Assembly: GCA_040954595.2 (NCBI GenBank)
Contig: CM082596.2
Location: forward strand, 5,015,849-5,079,848
Direction of reading: 5' to 3'
DNA: 64,000 bases
Origin: Balanoglossus misakiensis
Lineage: Eukaryota > Animalia > Hemichordata
Shown in pieces: positions 13,101 through 25,100 of this stretch. Below the pieces are notes generated by a model. The model saw only the letters and a program-made list of their open reading frames with translations, made no database searches and was not told the origin of the DNA. How positions within the stretch are numbered: the first letter of the stretch is position 1; the number at the start of each line of letters is the position of its first letter. The translations under genes were made by a program, and so were the position numbers.

Positions 13101-16100
13101 ACTCACCCAGGGAATTAATTTGCCCCAGGTAAGTGTTTGGGTAATGTGTTAGTAATTCATACATTGCACTGGAAATTGACACACCTGCTGTAGACGAGGC
13201 AAGCAAATTATTTCGGTTGGCTGTGAAATTTTACCGCGATCATTACACCGTGTCCATAACAAGGTACATTGTAACGTTATAACTCAACATGATCTGTCAA
13301 TATTCTGTCCTCTGTTTCTGCGTCTATTTTGTGTTTAGGGAATTGTAGTATGGCTGTCACGCATCAATGAAATGGGATAAGTAGACCAGGTCATGTTTAC
13401 TGTCAGTGGATATTCTCGTCGTGCGCGATACAGTGCTTGTGTGTGTGTGTCTCGTACAATGGATGGAGGTGGTGCTTTCCATTGGGATGAAATTCAAATA
13501 CTGTATTAACCAGCTTCGTGGATAAATTCATTAGAAGGGCTCTTATGTTGCCATAGACCACTTAACTGCTACACACTCGCTTGGTTCGTTTGTGCCGTTT
13601 TATTGACTCCTGGTTCATTTGTATCGTTTTATCGATTGCAACCGTTCGTTTCTCCATTGTTTTGTACGTCGGTGCTGTGATTCTTTACATTGTATGGACA
13701 GAATTTAGCAGGAAGTTGTGATTTTTTTGTTGTTGAAAAGAACTAAAGGATAGGGTCATCTCGGGTGACTAAATTGGCTTTTAAAAATTAACATTTCTTG
13801 GCCGGTTCTGAAACTTGTCTCTAGACAGTTTCAGATTTCATTCTAATCATGTCTGTGTGGAAAAATGTAACACCTGATGCTCTTTATAAATCAACATGGG
13901 TACAATCGACATTTGTCTACGTGTAGCCAGAAATTAAAATGTTTCTTAATTTTACCTGAAAATTTTAATAGCTTATTGTTAAAGGTGGGATGAAAAGTGA
14001 AAACTCAGTTTCTTTGTCAATCATGACATTTAACTTCGTGTGCGTGTCGGGAACCAAGGATGCCAAATTTACCAAATTATTGACAACATGTATCAGAACT
14101 TTCCAATTAAAAATTTGAAGTAAAAATGAGACGGAGTTGGAAACAGATACACAGACAGACTCGCAGACACACAGACAGATCTCGAACTGCATCTAAAAAC
14201 AGGCAATATTATTTGACTTTGATCATAAAACAAACATTTATATCTGTATAACTATTGATTAAAGCTTATGTACAATTGTGAAGCAAATAAAAATTCAGAT
14301 AACCAAAGGGAACAAACATAGATAAAAGGCGGCAATACCATAACTCCACGAACAGAGAGTTGATTCATTTTGCCTGAAGCACTCCAATATTCAGTATATG
14401 TGAACTGACGCAAAGTTCACACTGATAGGACTAAAAAGATGCGCAAATGCTGTGGTACAATATACAGTATCTAATTTTGATAATCAATGTTGTGGTCTAT
14501 GCATATATTGCAGTAATGTCCTCCGTATAGCATTCACACATCAAATCCGTGAAATGGGATTTTTCTGCTTTGTGTAATTGTATTGAGGTTTGTGTGTACA
14601 GGCAATATAATACTAATATTGCACTTCTACCCAGTGTAATGAATACTGCAGTCAAAGCCCTATAGCTGCATAAAGGCAAACCTGGTTTACCTACCGACAT
14701 GAAAGCAATCAATTCCAGCAAGTATTGTGCCGTTGCCATGGAAACAGCCCCACTAAGTATCAAGACAGGGAAAATCTAATTGAAAAGGGCGTCTTGCTTG
14801 CGTCGGGGAAAAAATTGTGTTTGGTGTCCCTGGGGTGCTAAGTCTTACGTTGTCCATGAAATGACTGTATTCGTTGAAAGCTGACATTAGCAAAACCAGT
14901 GAAAGGTAATGATAAATCTATTGTCAGTTTCATATTTTTGCTGTTTCTCCTTTCTTATGCTTGTCAAATTATCGTAATTATGCACATATACATCAGACGT
15001 CTTCTAGTCAGATTATTGTAAATGGATATTGACAGCAGCTCTTTTCTCACATATTCACCGATAATGGGATTACAATTACCATAATGCGATAAAGTGTGTG
15101 TTTCCATATATCACGGTTAGGTCCTTGCTGGTGGTTTGAACATAGACATTTCCCTCTAGGGTCTGTGGTTTAAAGTAAATTTATGGATGATACTCTGTTT
15201 TGTCTGTCTGCCTTGTACTGTAATCTTGTCTTTTTATCATTGTCTGTCTGTCTGTCTGTCTGCCTGCCTGTCTGTCTTGCGCCTGCAGTATGCCTGTATG
15301 ATGTCAGTCTCTATTAGTAATCATGAACACTAGAATTTACTGTTCTCTTCATTTTTAATTTTCAATAATTGCTGTGTATCTAACTTCCTCTTTTAATAGT
15401 AATACGAGCTGATGGGGAATGTGTAAATTAGACTGTGAATCATACAGAAGGAATAAGTTAACATTTTGAAAGATTGCCAGAAATTGTCGTGATAAAGTTT
15501 AGGACGATTGGTCGAAAATACAGGATCTCGCAAAAGCAAATGATGGCCATTAGGAAACATCCTCTTTCCCAGGCAAGCCATTGATTGGGGAGATTAACAT
15601 ATATTTAGTCACAATAGTTTGTACAGGAAATAGTTGCATGTACGAGGTTAATCTGAAGATACAGTGAAGCTGGTGAATGATTTAACTTCAGAACATGTCT
15701 GAATTACGTGTTGGGGGGGGGGGGGGGATGATGGCTTGCATATGGCTGGCATTTGCACAGAGCGAGCAGTTGAGTTGGAAAAGTTGCCAAAGATTGCATT
15801 CAGAAACTTTGACATTCTTTTACCCTGTACTTTTTGGTGGAGTTGTTTGTGCATTGGTTTGTCCCGGTGATGCATACAAATTGAAAAAAATAGTCTCATA
15901 GAGCATTATTAAAAGGTGGGGGGGGGGGGGGGTGTGGAGATTAATTGTATATGTAGAGGGATGGGGTGTGTCATAGTGGTGTTAAATCATTATATATAAA
16001 GAGACTTTACCTGGTACCCATTTCAATTATTGACAGCACAGTCTGCAGACCAGCAATTTGCACATCTGTTAACGAAATACAAGGTTTAAAAATTCTCACC

Positions 16101-19100
16101 TGGATTTGACACCTTCTAAATCCTAGCACAGAAATCTCACCGGTGATTTCCAAGGTCTTCTGTATTGCAAAGGGAAAGCTCAATGCTCCAGTTAAACAAC
16201 ATTTGTGGGATTTTTTCAGATTCTTTGGTCGCTACAGCTCGCTATAAACACTTGTGCGCGGACAGACCTCCTTTTGTGAGTGTGCAGTTTTGAAGTTTCA
16301 AGAGGCTTGTTTTGCGTCGGGATCAAGTCACGCGTCCAATGATATGTGGTGGCGTCTTTATCTGGAAAACATTGCCTTCAACTTTTGCATGCCCACATTC
16401 ATTTATCACTTGATTTATTTCTAGAAATGCCATCACAGAACTTTGTTTGGCTCGGTACTCACATCCAAACTACATTTATCCAAGACAAAACATTTATTTT
16501 TAATAAATTTGGAGTAGAAAATCGACATGTATCTCATATGCTGATTTGTTTCAGATGTTGATCCAACACACACATGTCCAGACAGTGTATAAACATGTAC
16601 AATGTATGTTGTGTGTACATAACTGAAATTTACCTGACAGACCCCAGATAGCAGCTGATCTGTGTGTTTGCATTTGTGATTGTAAACAATTATAACTCCC
16701 AGTCAAAATAAACGTATCCTGCTTTGTTGTTTTAGGACATTTACTACCAGGATATCCTTGTGTTGTTGTTGTTATTGTGGTGGTTTATCTGGTTGCTGTT
16801 GTGATGGTACATGTACTACATGTACTGGTTGTTGTCAATCGAAACATGTCATCAAACATATAGGCTATAGTCCCCTTCTACTGTCTGTGTTCAAACACCC
16901 ATACAATGAATGAGTGTTGCTTTGACATTTCTCTTTGACATTCTGATATTCTGTCATAGTCACATCCAGAAATTGCAGTAATATTACCGGTATTTATTTA
17001 TTCTTTAATTGATAGAGATATACAATTTGTATGTAGTACAAGGCTTGTAGAGCTTGGTCTAGCTGTTGCATTCTTGTGTCGTCCTAGCTCTCCACATCTT
17101 GCGTTGAGCGATCGTCTCACACGTAAGCCACCACAAAATCCCACTACAGTGTCAGAATTATGAGAAAAGAGCATCAGACTTACAAACTATTCTCCGTCAG
17201 CTTGCGATAAAGCCAACGTTATCGCGCGTTCAATCTTGATACAAGCCCATTAATTTTACCAATCTGTGTGCATAGGTATTATTGATTTACTGAATTCCAG
17301 TCGGAAGCGCTGATAAGTGGCTTGAAACAATGCAGGTTATTGATTCGGATCGGCCAATTTGCTGTCTTTTGTCGGTCAATTGGCTGCTGACAACTCAATT
17401 GGCGACTCTCCCGATTCCTGGCTGATAACTGGTGCACGCTTACATCATCGAATGAACAGGTGACAGGAAAATGCTGGCTTCAAGTAGATTCCTGCAAAAT
17501 GATTTAAGTGCGTGGTGTTGTTGATCAACTGCTGATAAACACTCAGAGTGGCTAAAACCCTGGCCTGACATATGCGCATATATTTTTGATCTCCTGGTAA
17601 ATGACAATTTGTTTGTAAAAATTTGTTAATTTCAGGTGATGATGGAAATATACAGAGATGAGACTTCTGCTTGTCTGACTTGAATAATAACAAAAATGTC
17701 AAGTAGTAATCACAGTACCCAGCAAGTTATCCACGAAAACTTTTTAACTAAGTATGTACATGAAAGTTAGTTATCCATCAAGGGAAGGATGATGTTGCTT
17801 GACAGCCTTCTCCAACAGCACAGACGTGCTGATGCCGCCCAGAATGTCCAGTTGTGAGACGACGACGTGAAGCTCCTTAGACGCCCACGCGACAATCTCC
17901 ACGGCCATAAGCGAGTCGACGCCATAGTCGATCATGGGCTTGGTGATGTCAATGTCGTCTGGCGACTGACCGATCATCTGGCCCAGTTTCTTTTTGACCG
18001 AATTCTCCAGGTCTGTGGGCGACAGCTGGCGTTTGCGCTTGTTCAAACTTGAGTAGTCCATCAGGTGGTGAAATTTCAAGTTTGTCTTGTGTGTAAATTT
18101 AGCTGTTGTGACCCAGTCCTGGTGGGCAAAAAACGGGATAATTAGATTCCGGTTCATACATTATACAGAAGACTGTGCTCATCCTACTGAAGAGAAATTG
18201 CTAAACAAATGTCACGACCATTGTTGTTGTTGACAAATCAATTCTAGTCCGGACTTGAATTCAAATTGTGGACATGAACAATACCGACAATACACACATA
18301 TGTTGTGTTGATAAAGCTAAATGCTGGGCATTTCATGTTTCAGGAATTTGAACAAGAAACTGCAGTAGCTACAGGAAACAATAAGTGTGATGTTAACTAC
18401 TTCTTACCTGATTAGCCAAGCAAACTACAGGCTTTTTGTAATCAGTCAAAAGACTCCCAAGAAGTTCCATGATTTCATCGATGTGAAGTGTGCCAGCTCC
18501 CTGGTCTTCCAGAACCTTGATGGTTTCTGCTTTGCCCTCAAGGTACCCAGCCCCTCTGACAGCTCCCATCTGCAGTGACAGTGCTGGTAGGCCCAGACCG
18601 TGCCTGTGTTCTGCAAGGGCGTCCAGCGCAGAATTGGCTGCGCAGTATGCTGGTTGAGCCGAGTGGCCCCGTACTGTCGACACTGACGACATCAGGAAGA
18701 ACACGTCCAAGCTTTCTTCTCTTGTCAGATCGTGCAAGTGATGCGCGCTCACAGCCGTTGACTTCATCACAAGGTCAAGCCGGTCTGGTTTCAAGTCTGG
18801 CAGGAGAGTCTCGTCCACTACGCCGGCAAGATGGAAGACACCCTTCAGTGGTGGGATATCTGCTCTGGATTTCACCTGGCCTAAGATACTCTTCACAGTG
18901 TTGTAATCAGACACGTCAGCTGCAAAGGTGTGGACTGCAACACCTTTACGCTTCAGGAAATCCCGAGTGCGCCGTGCGGCAGCCGACTGCCCACCACTTC
19001 TCGACACCATGACCAGATGTCTGGCTCCCATCCTCTGCATCCATCGGACCAGCGCCTGACCGACCCCGCCGAATGCACCGGTTACAAGGTACGCTGCCTC

Positions 19101-22100
19101 TTCATGGAAGATGTCACCCTGTAGATCAAATCTTTCCGGAACGTAGGAAGCTGGAATTTCAAAAACGACTTTACCGATATGCAGGCCCTTCGACATCATC
19201 CGAAAAGCTTCCAAGTAGTCACCGATTTGATACACGGTCACTGGCATTGGAGTCAGTTTTCCTTCTTCAAAAAGTCTGACAACCTGTTCGAGCGAGTACT
19301 GCACGCCTTCGGGATCTTGTCGTAGCCTGATGTCAATCTGACAGGAGAGGAAAGACTTGTTTTCCAGGAAGGTCTTCAGGTCCATCTGCGAATTTTCCAA
19401 TATGTCTCTCTTCCCGATTTCACAAAATCTTCCTCCAGGGGCCAGGGAAGCCAGCCCCCTTTCCATCAGTCGACCGTACAGAGAATTAAGGACTACATTC
19501 ACGCCTTTACCATTTGTCCACTCCATGACGTCGTGGTAAAACTGATCTGATCTGGAATCTGTGACGTATTCAATGCCCAACTCGTTTCTGAGATAGGCGC
19601 GCTTTTCTTCGGTTCCCGCTGAACAGATGATTGTTGCTCCTTGCATCCGTGCAATTTGGATGGCAGCTAAACCGACACCACCACAGGCAGAGTGGATCAA
19701 CACCGTTTCTCCCTTTCTCAGGTTGGCCCTCTCGACCAAACTGTGATAGGCTGTGGTGAAGGCGACTGTGATGCCAGCACTATCGACCATGTTGAGGTGT
19801 TTGGGTTTAGACATCACGAAGCGGCCATCATTGATGACATGGGAAGCGAAACTGGACTTTGTGAATGCGATGACCTCATCCCCAGCTTTCACGTGAGTGA
19901 CACCTTCACCGACGGCTTCAACTACTCCGGAGCACTCCAGGCCAAAACGGTAGCGCGTCTCCTCAGCCTCTAATCCTTCCAACATTCCATGAGCCATCAT
20001 GACGTCCTTGAAGTTCAGCGCTGCCGCATGGACCCTTACGATCACTCGACCAGGTCTGAGGGTCAAATCAGGTAGTCCGCAGAATCCCAAGTCATCAAGC
20101 GACGCACCCTTTCCATGATGGCGGATGTTTTGTTCAAGGCGCCAATACTTGACGCTCTGGGTACAGACTTCAGGTTTGGTAGCAGTGATAATTCTTGGAC
20201 AGAGAACTTGGTTTTCTTTCATCACGAGTGCTCTCTCTGGTTGGTTTGAATTGCGGATGATGCCGCACAGCATTTGCACGTTTTGTTGCATGGAAACTTG
20301 AGAGTCTAGGTCCACATAGTACACACGGCCTGAGATGATTTGGTTGCAGACGGATCCCGCGAGACCAAAAGCGGCGTGTGACCACAGATTTCCTTGCTGT
20401 TTGTAGGCCCCATGTGTGACGATGTAAACGGACCGGATCCCATCTTTACGTGCATCCATTTCCTGCAACAAGGCGAGGATGAAATGGAGTTTTGCATCCC
20501 AACTGCCGCACCAGTAGATAACGTTTGATGGTTTGTTGGTGATGATGACAGACTGGATGTCATCCATCGTTGGAGTCATGACCATAGAGCAAGGCTTCTC
20601 CAAAGATTCACTTATCGCCGCCTGGACCGTTTCATCAGGACAGCCAAGCAAGAACCATCGGTCGTCGGCAACATTGCTTTGCTCCGGAGGATACAGGAGG
20701 TCGGCAGTTTTGCGACCAACCACTATGCTGTGGAAAAGTTCCCCTGGGGTGGAGACACTGACAACATCACTGTAACCGTTCTCCCTGAAGAGGTCCTCCC
20801 AGCCTTTACGAGGCAGCCAGCATGTTTCTTGTCTGAAGTCTTCGTACACCCAGCAGAGCGGAAGGGAGCCGAAGACTAACTCAGTCATGTAGTTGGAATT
20901 GGTTACCTCGTACATGAACAGCCAGCCGTCTTCGCAAAGGAGGTTGCGCATGTGGTACATAGCAGTGTTGACGTCGACCGCAAGGTGGAGGGTATCAAGA
21001 CACACTACAATGTCAACACTCCCAGGAATGAGTCCCTGAGGTTCGACGTCTTTCTCGATGTCGAGCTGCTTGAATTGTACCAGTGGAAACTGTTGGGCGT
21101 GTGCGAAGAACAAAGCAGTCCGGTCGGTGAAAACATACTCGACTTGTTTCTTGGACACTTCTTCTTTCAAATTTCCGAGGATGTACTTCGAGAGGCCACC
21201 CAGTCTTCCGCCGACTTCAAGAATTCTCACCACCTTCTTCTTTTCCATTGACTTTCTTACAGCTCTTGCTACTGCCTCCGCACCAGCTTCATAGAACAGG
21301 CGAATTGTTGGTGCGTCAGCAAAGTACTGCGGAAGACTGTCTGGGGCAGACAGCAGTGACACGCCAATGTCAGGATCTTTGAGTGTGTCCGCCAAGGCAT
21401 CCCCAAGAGTCTTGACCATCTTCAATTCTTGGGATAGTTCTGGAACAGTGGCAGCTACTTCTTCTATTGCCACTGGAATGTGTCCTCTATTTAGTGTTTT
21501 AAGAGTGGTATCTGCGGCAATGACCCTCAGTCTTCTAATAAATCGCCCATTTCTTCCCCCAACTTCATTATCTTTAACTGCATCGAGGGCGTGCTTGATG
21601 TAAGACTTGCAGATAGTCTTGATTTGTGGCATAACTGCATCTGTTCTCGTGACTATGTCCATGTCTTCTGGGAAAAGCTTTCGCAGGCTGTCCTCTTCAA
21701 ATAAACAGCACACATCGTCTGTAGTAGGGAGGCATGACTTCACGGGCTGTAATTCTGTTGAGTACAGACACGACTCCAAGTCAACTGCAGAACTGCTGGC
21801 TTGTAGACTCTGGACCACCAATCCAGCAACTTTCACCAGAACCTGCCCATTGCTGCTGCTGCACAGATATGCATCACCTGTGATTGACGTACTGTCGCAA
21901 TCTGTTACTTTTGCGTAAGCCAGAAGCTGCTCTCCCAAGGGCACTTTTGGAACAGTCATCTGCATCACCCCCAGCTTGACAGGCAGATAAGCTGTGGTGA
22001 ATTTACCCAGTGATGCTATCACCAGTTGAAAGCATCCATCCAGCAGTGTTGTCTGCACTCTCTGTTTGGTGTCAGAAGGGTTCACCATCACCGCCACTGC

Positions 22101-25100
22101 CTCTCCGTCGCCCAGCATCATTTGCTGAATCACCTGGAAGGTGGGGCCGTAATTCAAGCCTTTGGATGCAAGCTTTTGATACAGTTCGACACCTGACATC
22201 AAAGTTTTACATCTCTGCTTTATCTCGGGGAGTTGAAGGCACTGGAACATTTCACCAGGGGTCTCCGGAGTGTCCATCTCTGCCGTGTAGTGCAGGGTTT
22301 CGCCAGATGTTACGTGAAGAGATGAACCTTCTTTTGAGATTTGAAGTGCGACATCTTCTCTGGATGGTCTGCCACTTTCATCTTGTGGCCAAATCAAGGC
22401 ATGAAGGAAATGTATGTTTTTCAGTGCCGGGGTTTCCGTTTCCCCGAAGAACATCTCCACGCAGTACTCTATGTAGCCAGCACCGGGAAATACCACTTCG
22501 TTATCCACGGCGTGGTCAGCTAAGAACGGGAACATGTCAAATGACAGGTTGCCGTTTTGCCCCTTGAAGCTCTTGTCCTCCAGTCCTAGACGATGTTTCA
22601 TCTTGTGTTCGGGTTCCGTCCAGTGAGTGTGATGTTGCCAAGCGTATGTCGGAATGGGAGCCCATTTGGAAGTGTTGCCTGTCATGTTATTCCAGTCGAT
22701 GGATACACCTGCAGCGTACAAAGAGCCAACGGCCCTGAGCAGTGTATGGCGGTCATCCTTGCCTCGCTGTCCGAGTGGTGCCGTGATGATCTTTGGCAAT
22801 CCCACCTCCTGCTTGATTTTATTGACGGATGATATCAGGGTTGCGGACGCTCCACATTCTATGATGATGTCCGGTTCGATTTCAGTGAGCATGGTGGTTA
22901 CAGCATCACTGAAGGCAACTGCGTTTCTGACGTTCTTCCACCAGTAGGGCCCATCGAATGTACCGTTGTATCGCTTGCCATCTGCAGTAGAATAAAATGG
23001 GATGCGGCCGCGTCTTTCAGTTGTTCTGACAACACCATCCATAGCGTCCAGGAAGCTCTTCCGAATTGGGTCCATGTACGGTGTGTGAAAGGCACACTGG
23101 ACTCGCAGTTGTCTTGCTTGCTGTGGATTGTTTGCAGCGATATCCTGGATCACTTTGATGTCGCCAGCAATCGTGACTGATCCAGGTGCGTTGACAGCCG
23201 CAATGTACACGTTGTCGTGTTCTGCGCACAACTTTTCTGCTTCTTCGGTGGACTTGCGTAGAGCGGCCATTCCTCCAGCTCCTTTCAACGTTGCCTGCTG
23301 CGTGCTCCTCACATAGATAGCGGTCACTGCTTCAGCCATGGTCAGCCCACCACATGCATGAGCAGCGGCGACCTCACCGAGACTGTGTCCCACTACAGCC
23401 GCAGGGGTGATGCCCCAGTGCTTCAGCAAATGGAACAGTCCAATCTGGAAGAACAGAATGACAGGCTGGGACACTTCCATTTCATCTACCAGGTTATCAG
23501 AATCGACAGGGAGGTTTGCTGTGGTGGATGGTTGCTTCAGGCCGTTGAACAGACCGGCATCCTGAAGGAGAGACCACCCGCTGAGTCTCTGGAACACAGC
23601 ATCACACTGGTCGATAACTTCACGGAAGACTTCTTCAGTAGCGTACAGCTTCTTTCCCATGGCTGCCCACTGCTGTCCCTGGCCGGGGAAGACCATGCAC
23701 ACTTTAGGCTGTGTGCCAGACGTTGTACCCGTCACAATGGAATCACTGGACTCCCCATCGAGATAGGTCTCCAAGTTGCGCTGGAACTCCTTCCCGGATT
23801 TGGCCAAGATGCACATTCGGAAATCGTGGTGCTTTCTTCTTATGGCTTGCCAGCCGATCACTCCCAGAGCATCAGCGGTGTTTTTAAAAGAGAGCCATTT
23901 CTTTGCCAAGTCGTCAACTGCTTCCTTTGTTTTTGCTGACAGAGGCAGCAGTATTTCTTCACCCACCTGTTCACTGCCGAACTGCCATCCACAAACACGA
24001 TTTGCTTCGTCTTCCATCGCCGGCGGTTCATCAAGGACAAGGTGAGCGACTGCTCCGGCAATACCAAAGCTGTTGACGCCGATGCGGTAGCTTTTGTTCG
24101 GCAAGAAGGCCTCCTTTGATGTTTGCACTTCCAGCTTCAACCCTTCCAGATCAATTGATGGATTCGGTCTCTTGAAGTTGATTGTGGGACAGAGCGTGCG
24201 CTTGGACAGCATAAGGGATGCCTTGATTGTCGCGGTAATACCAGCCGCGCATTCGTTATGCGCGAAATTGCTCTTTCCAGACCCGATTTTCAGAGGGTCT
24301 TTTCTGTGTGGGGCAAAGGCGTGACCAATTGCACGGGCTTCGATGGGATCGCCCACGGGGGTACCCGTGCCGTGGGCTTCGACGTAGTCAACAGAGGACT
24401 TGGGCAGGTCAAATCGGCTGTACGCCTCGTTCATGACGTGCTCTTGGGCAGCCTGCAGAGGCATGGTGAGGCTTCCGCAGAAACCATTGGCGGCGATCGC
24501 GCTCCCACGGACGACCGAGTAGACGTGGTCGCCGTCGGCCACAGCCTGTGAAAGCGGCTTCAGGACGAGAGCGCCCCAGCCCTCGCTTCGGACGTAGCCC
24601 CGTGCCTCGTCGGAGAAAGGACAGCACCGACCCTCCGGGTTCAGCACTCCGAGAGCGCTGAACCCGACGGTGACGTCTGGGATGAGTACGCTGTTGCAGC
24701 CGCTGACCACGGCCACCTTGCACTCCCCGATCCAGAGATGCGTGCAGGCCAGATGCATGGCCGTCATGGACGAAGCGCAGGCTGTGTCGACAGCGTAGCT
24801 CGGGCCTTGCAGGTTGAACGCGTAGGATATGCGATTGGCGGCCACGCTGTGGGCGTTGCCGGTTATAGTGTATGGGGTCATGGTGTGGGCGTCGATGTTA
24901 AGAAGACCATAGTCGTTCATACCGATGCCTAGAAACACCCCACAGTCTGCCTTCAGTGTGTCTGGATCGATGCCCGCGTCTTCGAAGGACTCCTCTACCA
25001 CCTCAAGTAGTAGTCTCTGCTGGGGGTCCATGGATGCCGCCTCTCTCGGCGATATCTTGAAGAACCCGTGATCGAACTGGTCCACGCCATCAACGAACCC

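Noticed and set aside
15713-15932. Two poly-G runs as functional G-quadruplexes
   Set aside because: They are isolated homopolymers common in such introns, with no supporting context.
18387-24932. Numerous short + strand and off-frame ORFs overlapping the PKS
   Set aside because: These are shadow ORFs of a long, relatively GC-rich CDS, with no recognisable motifs.
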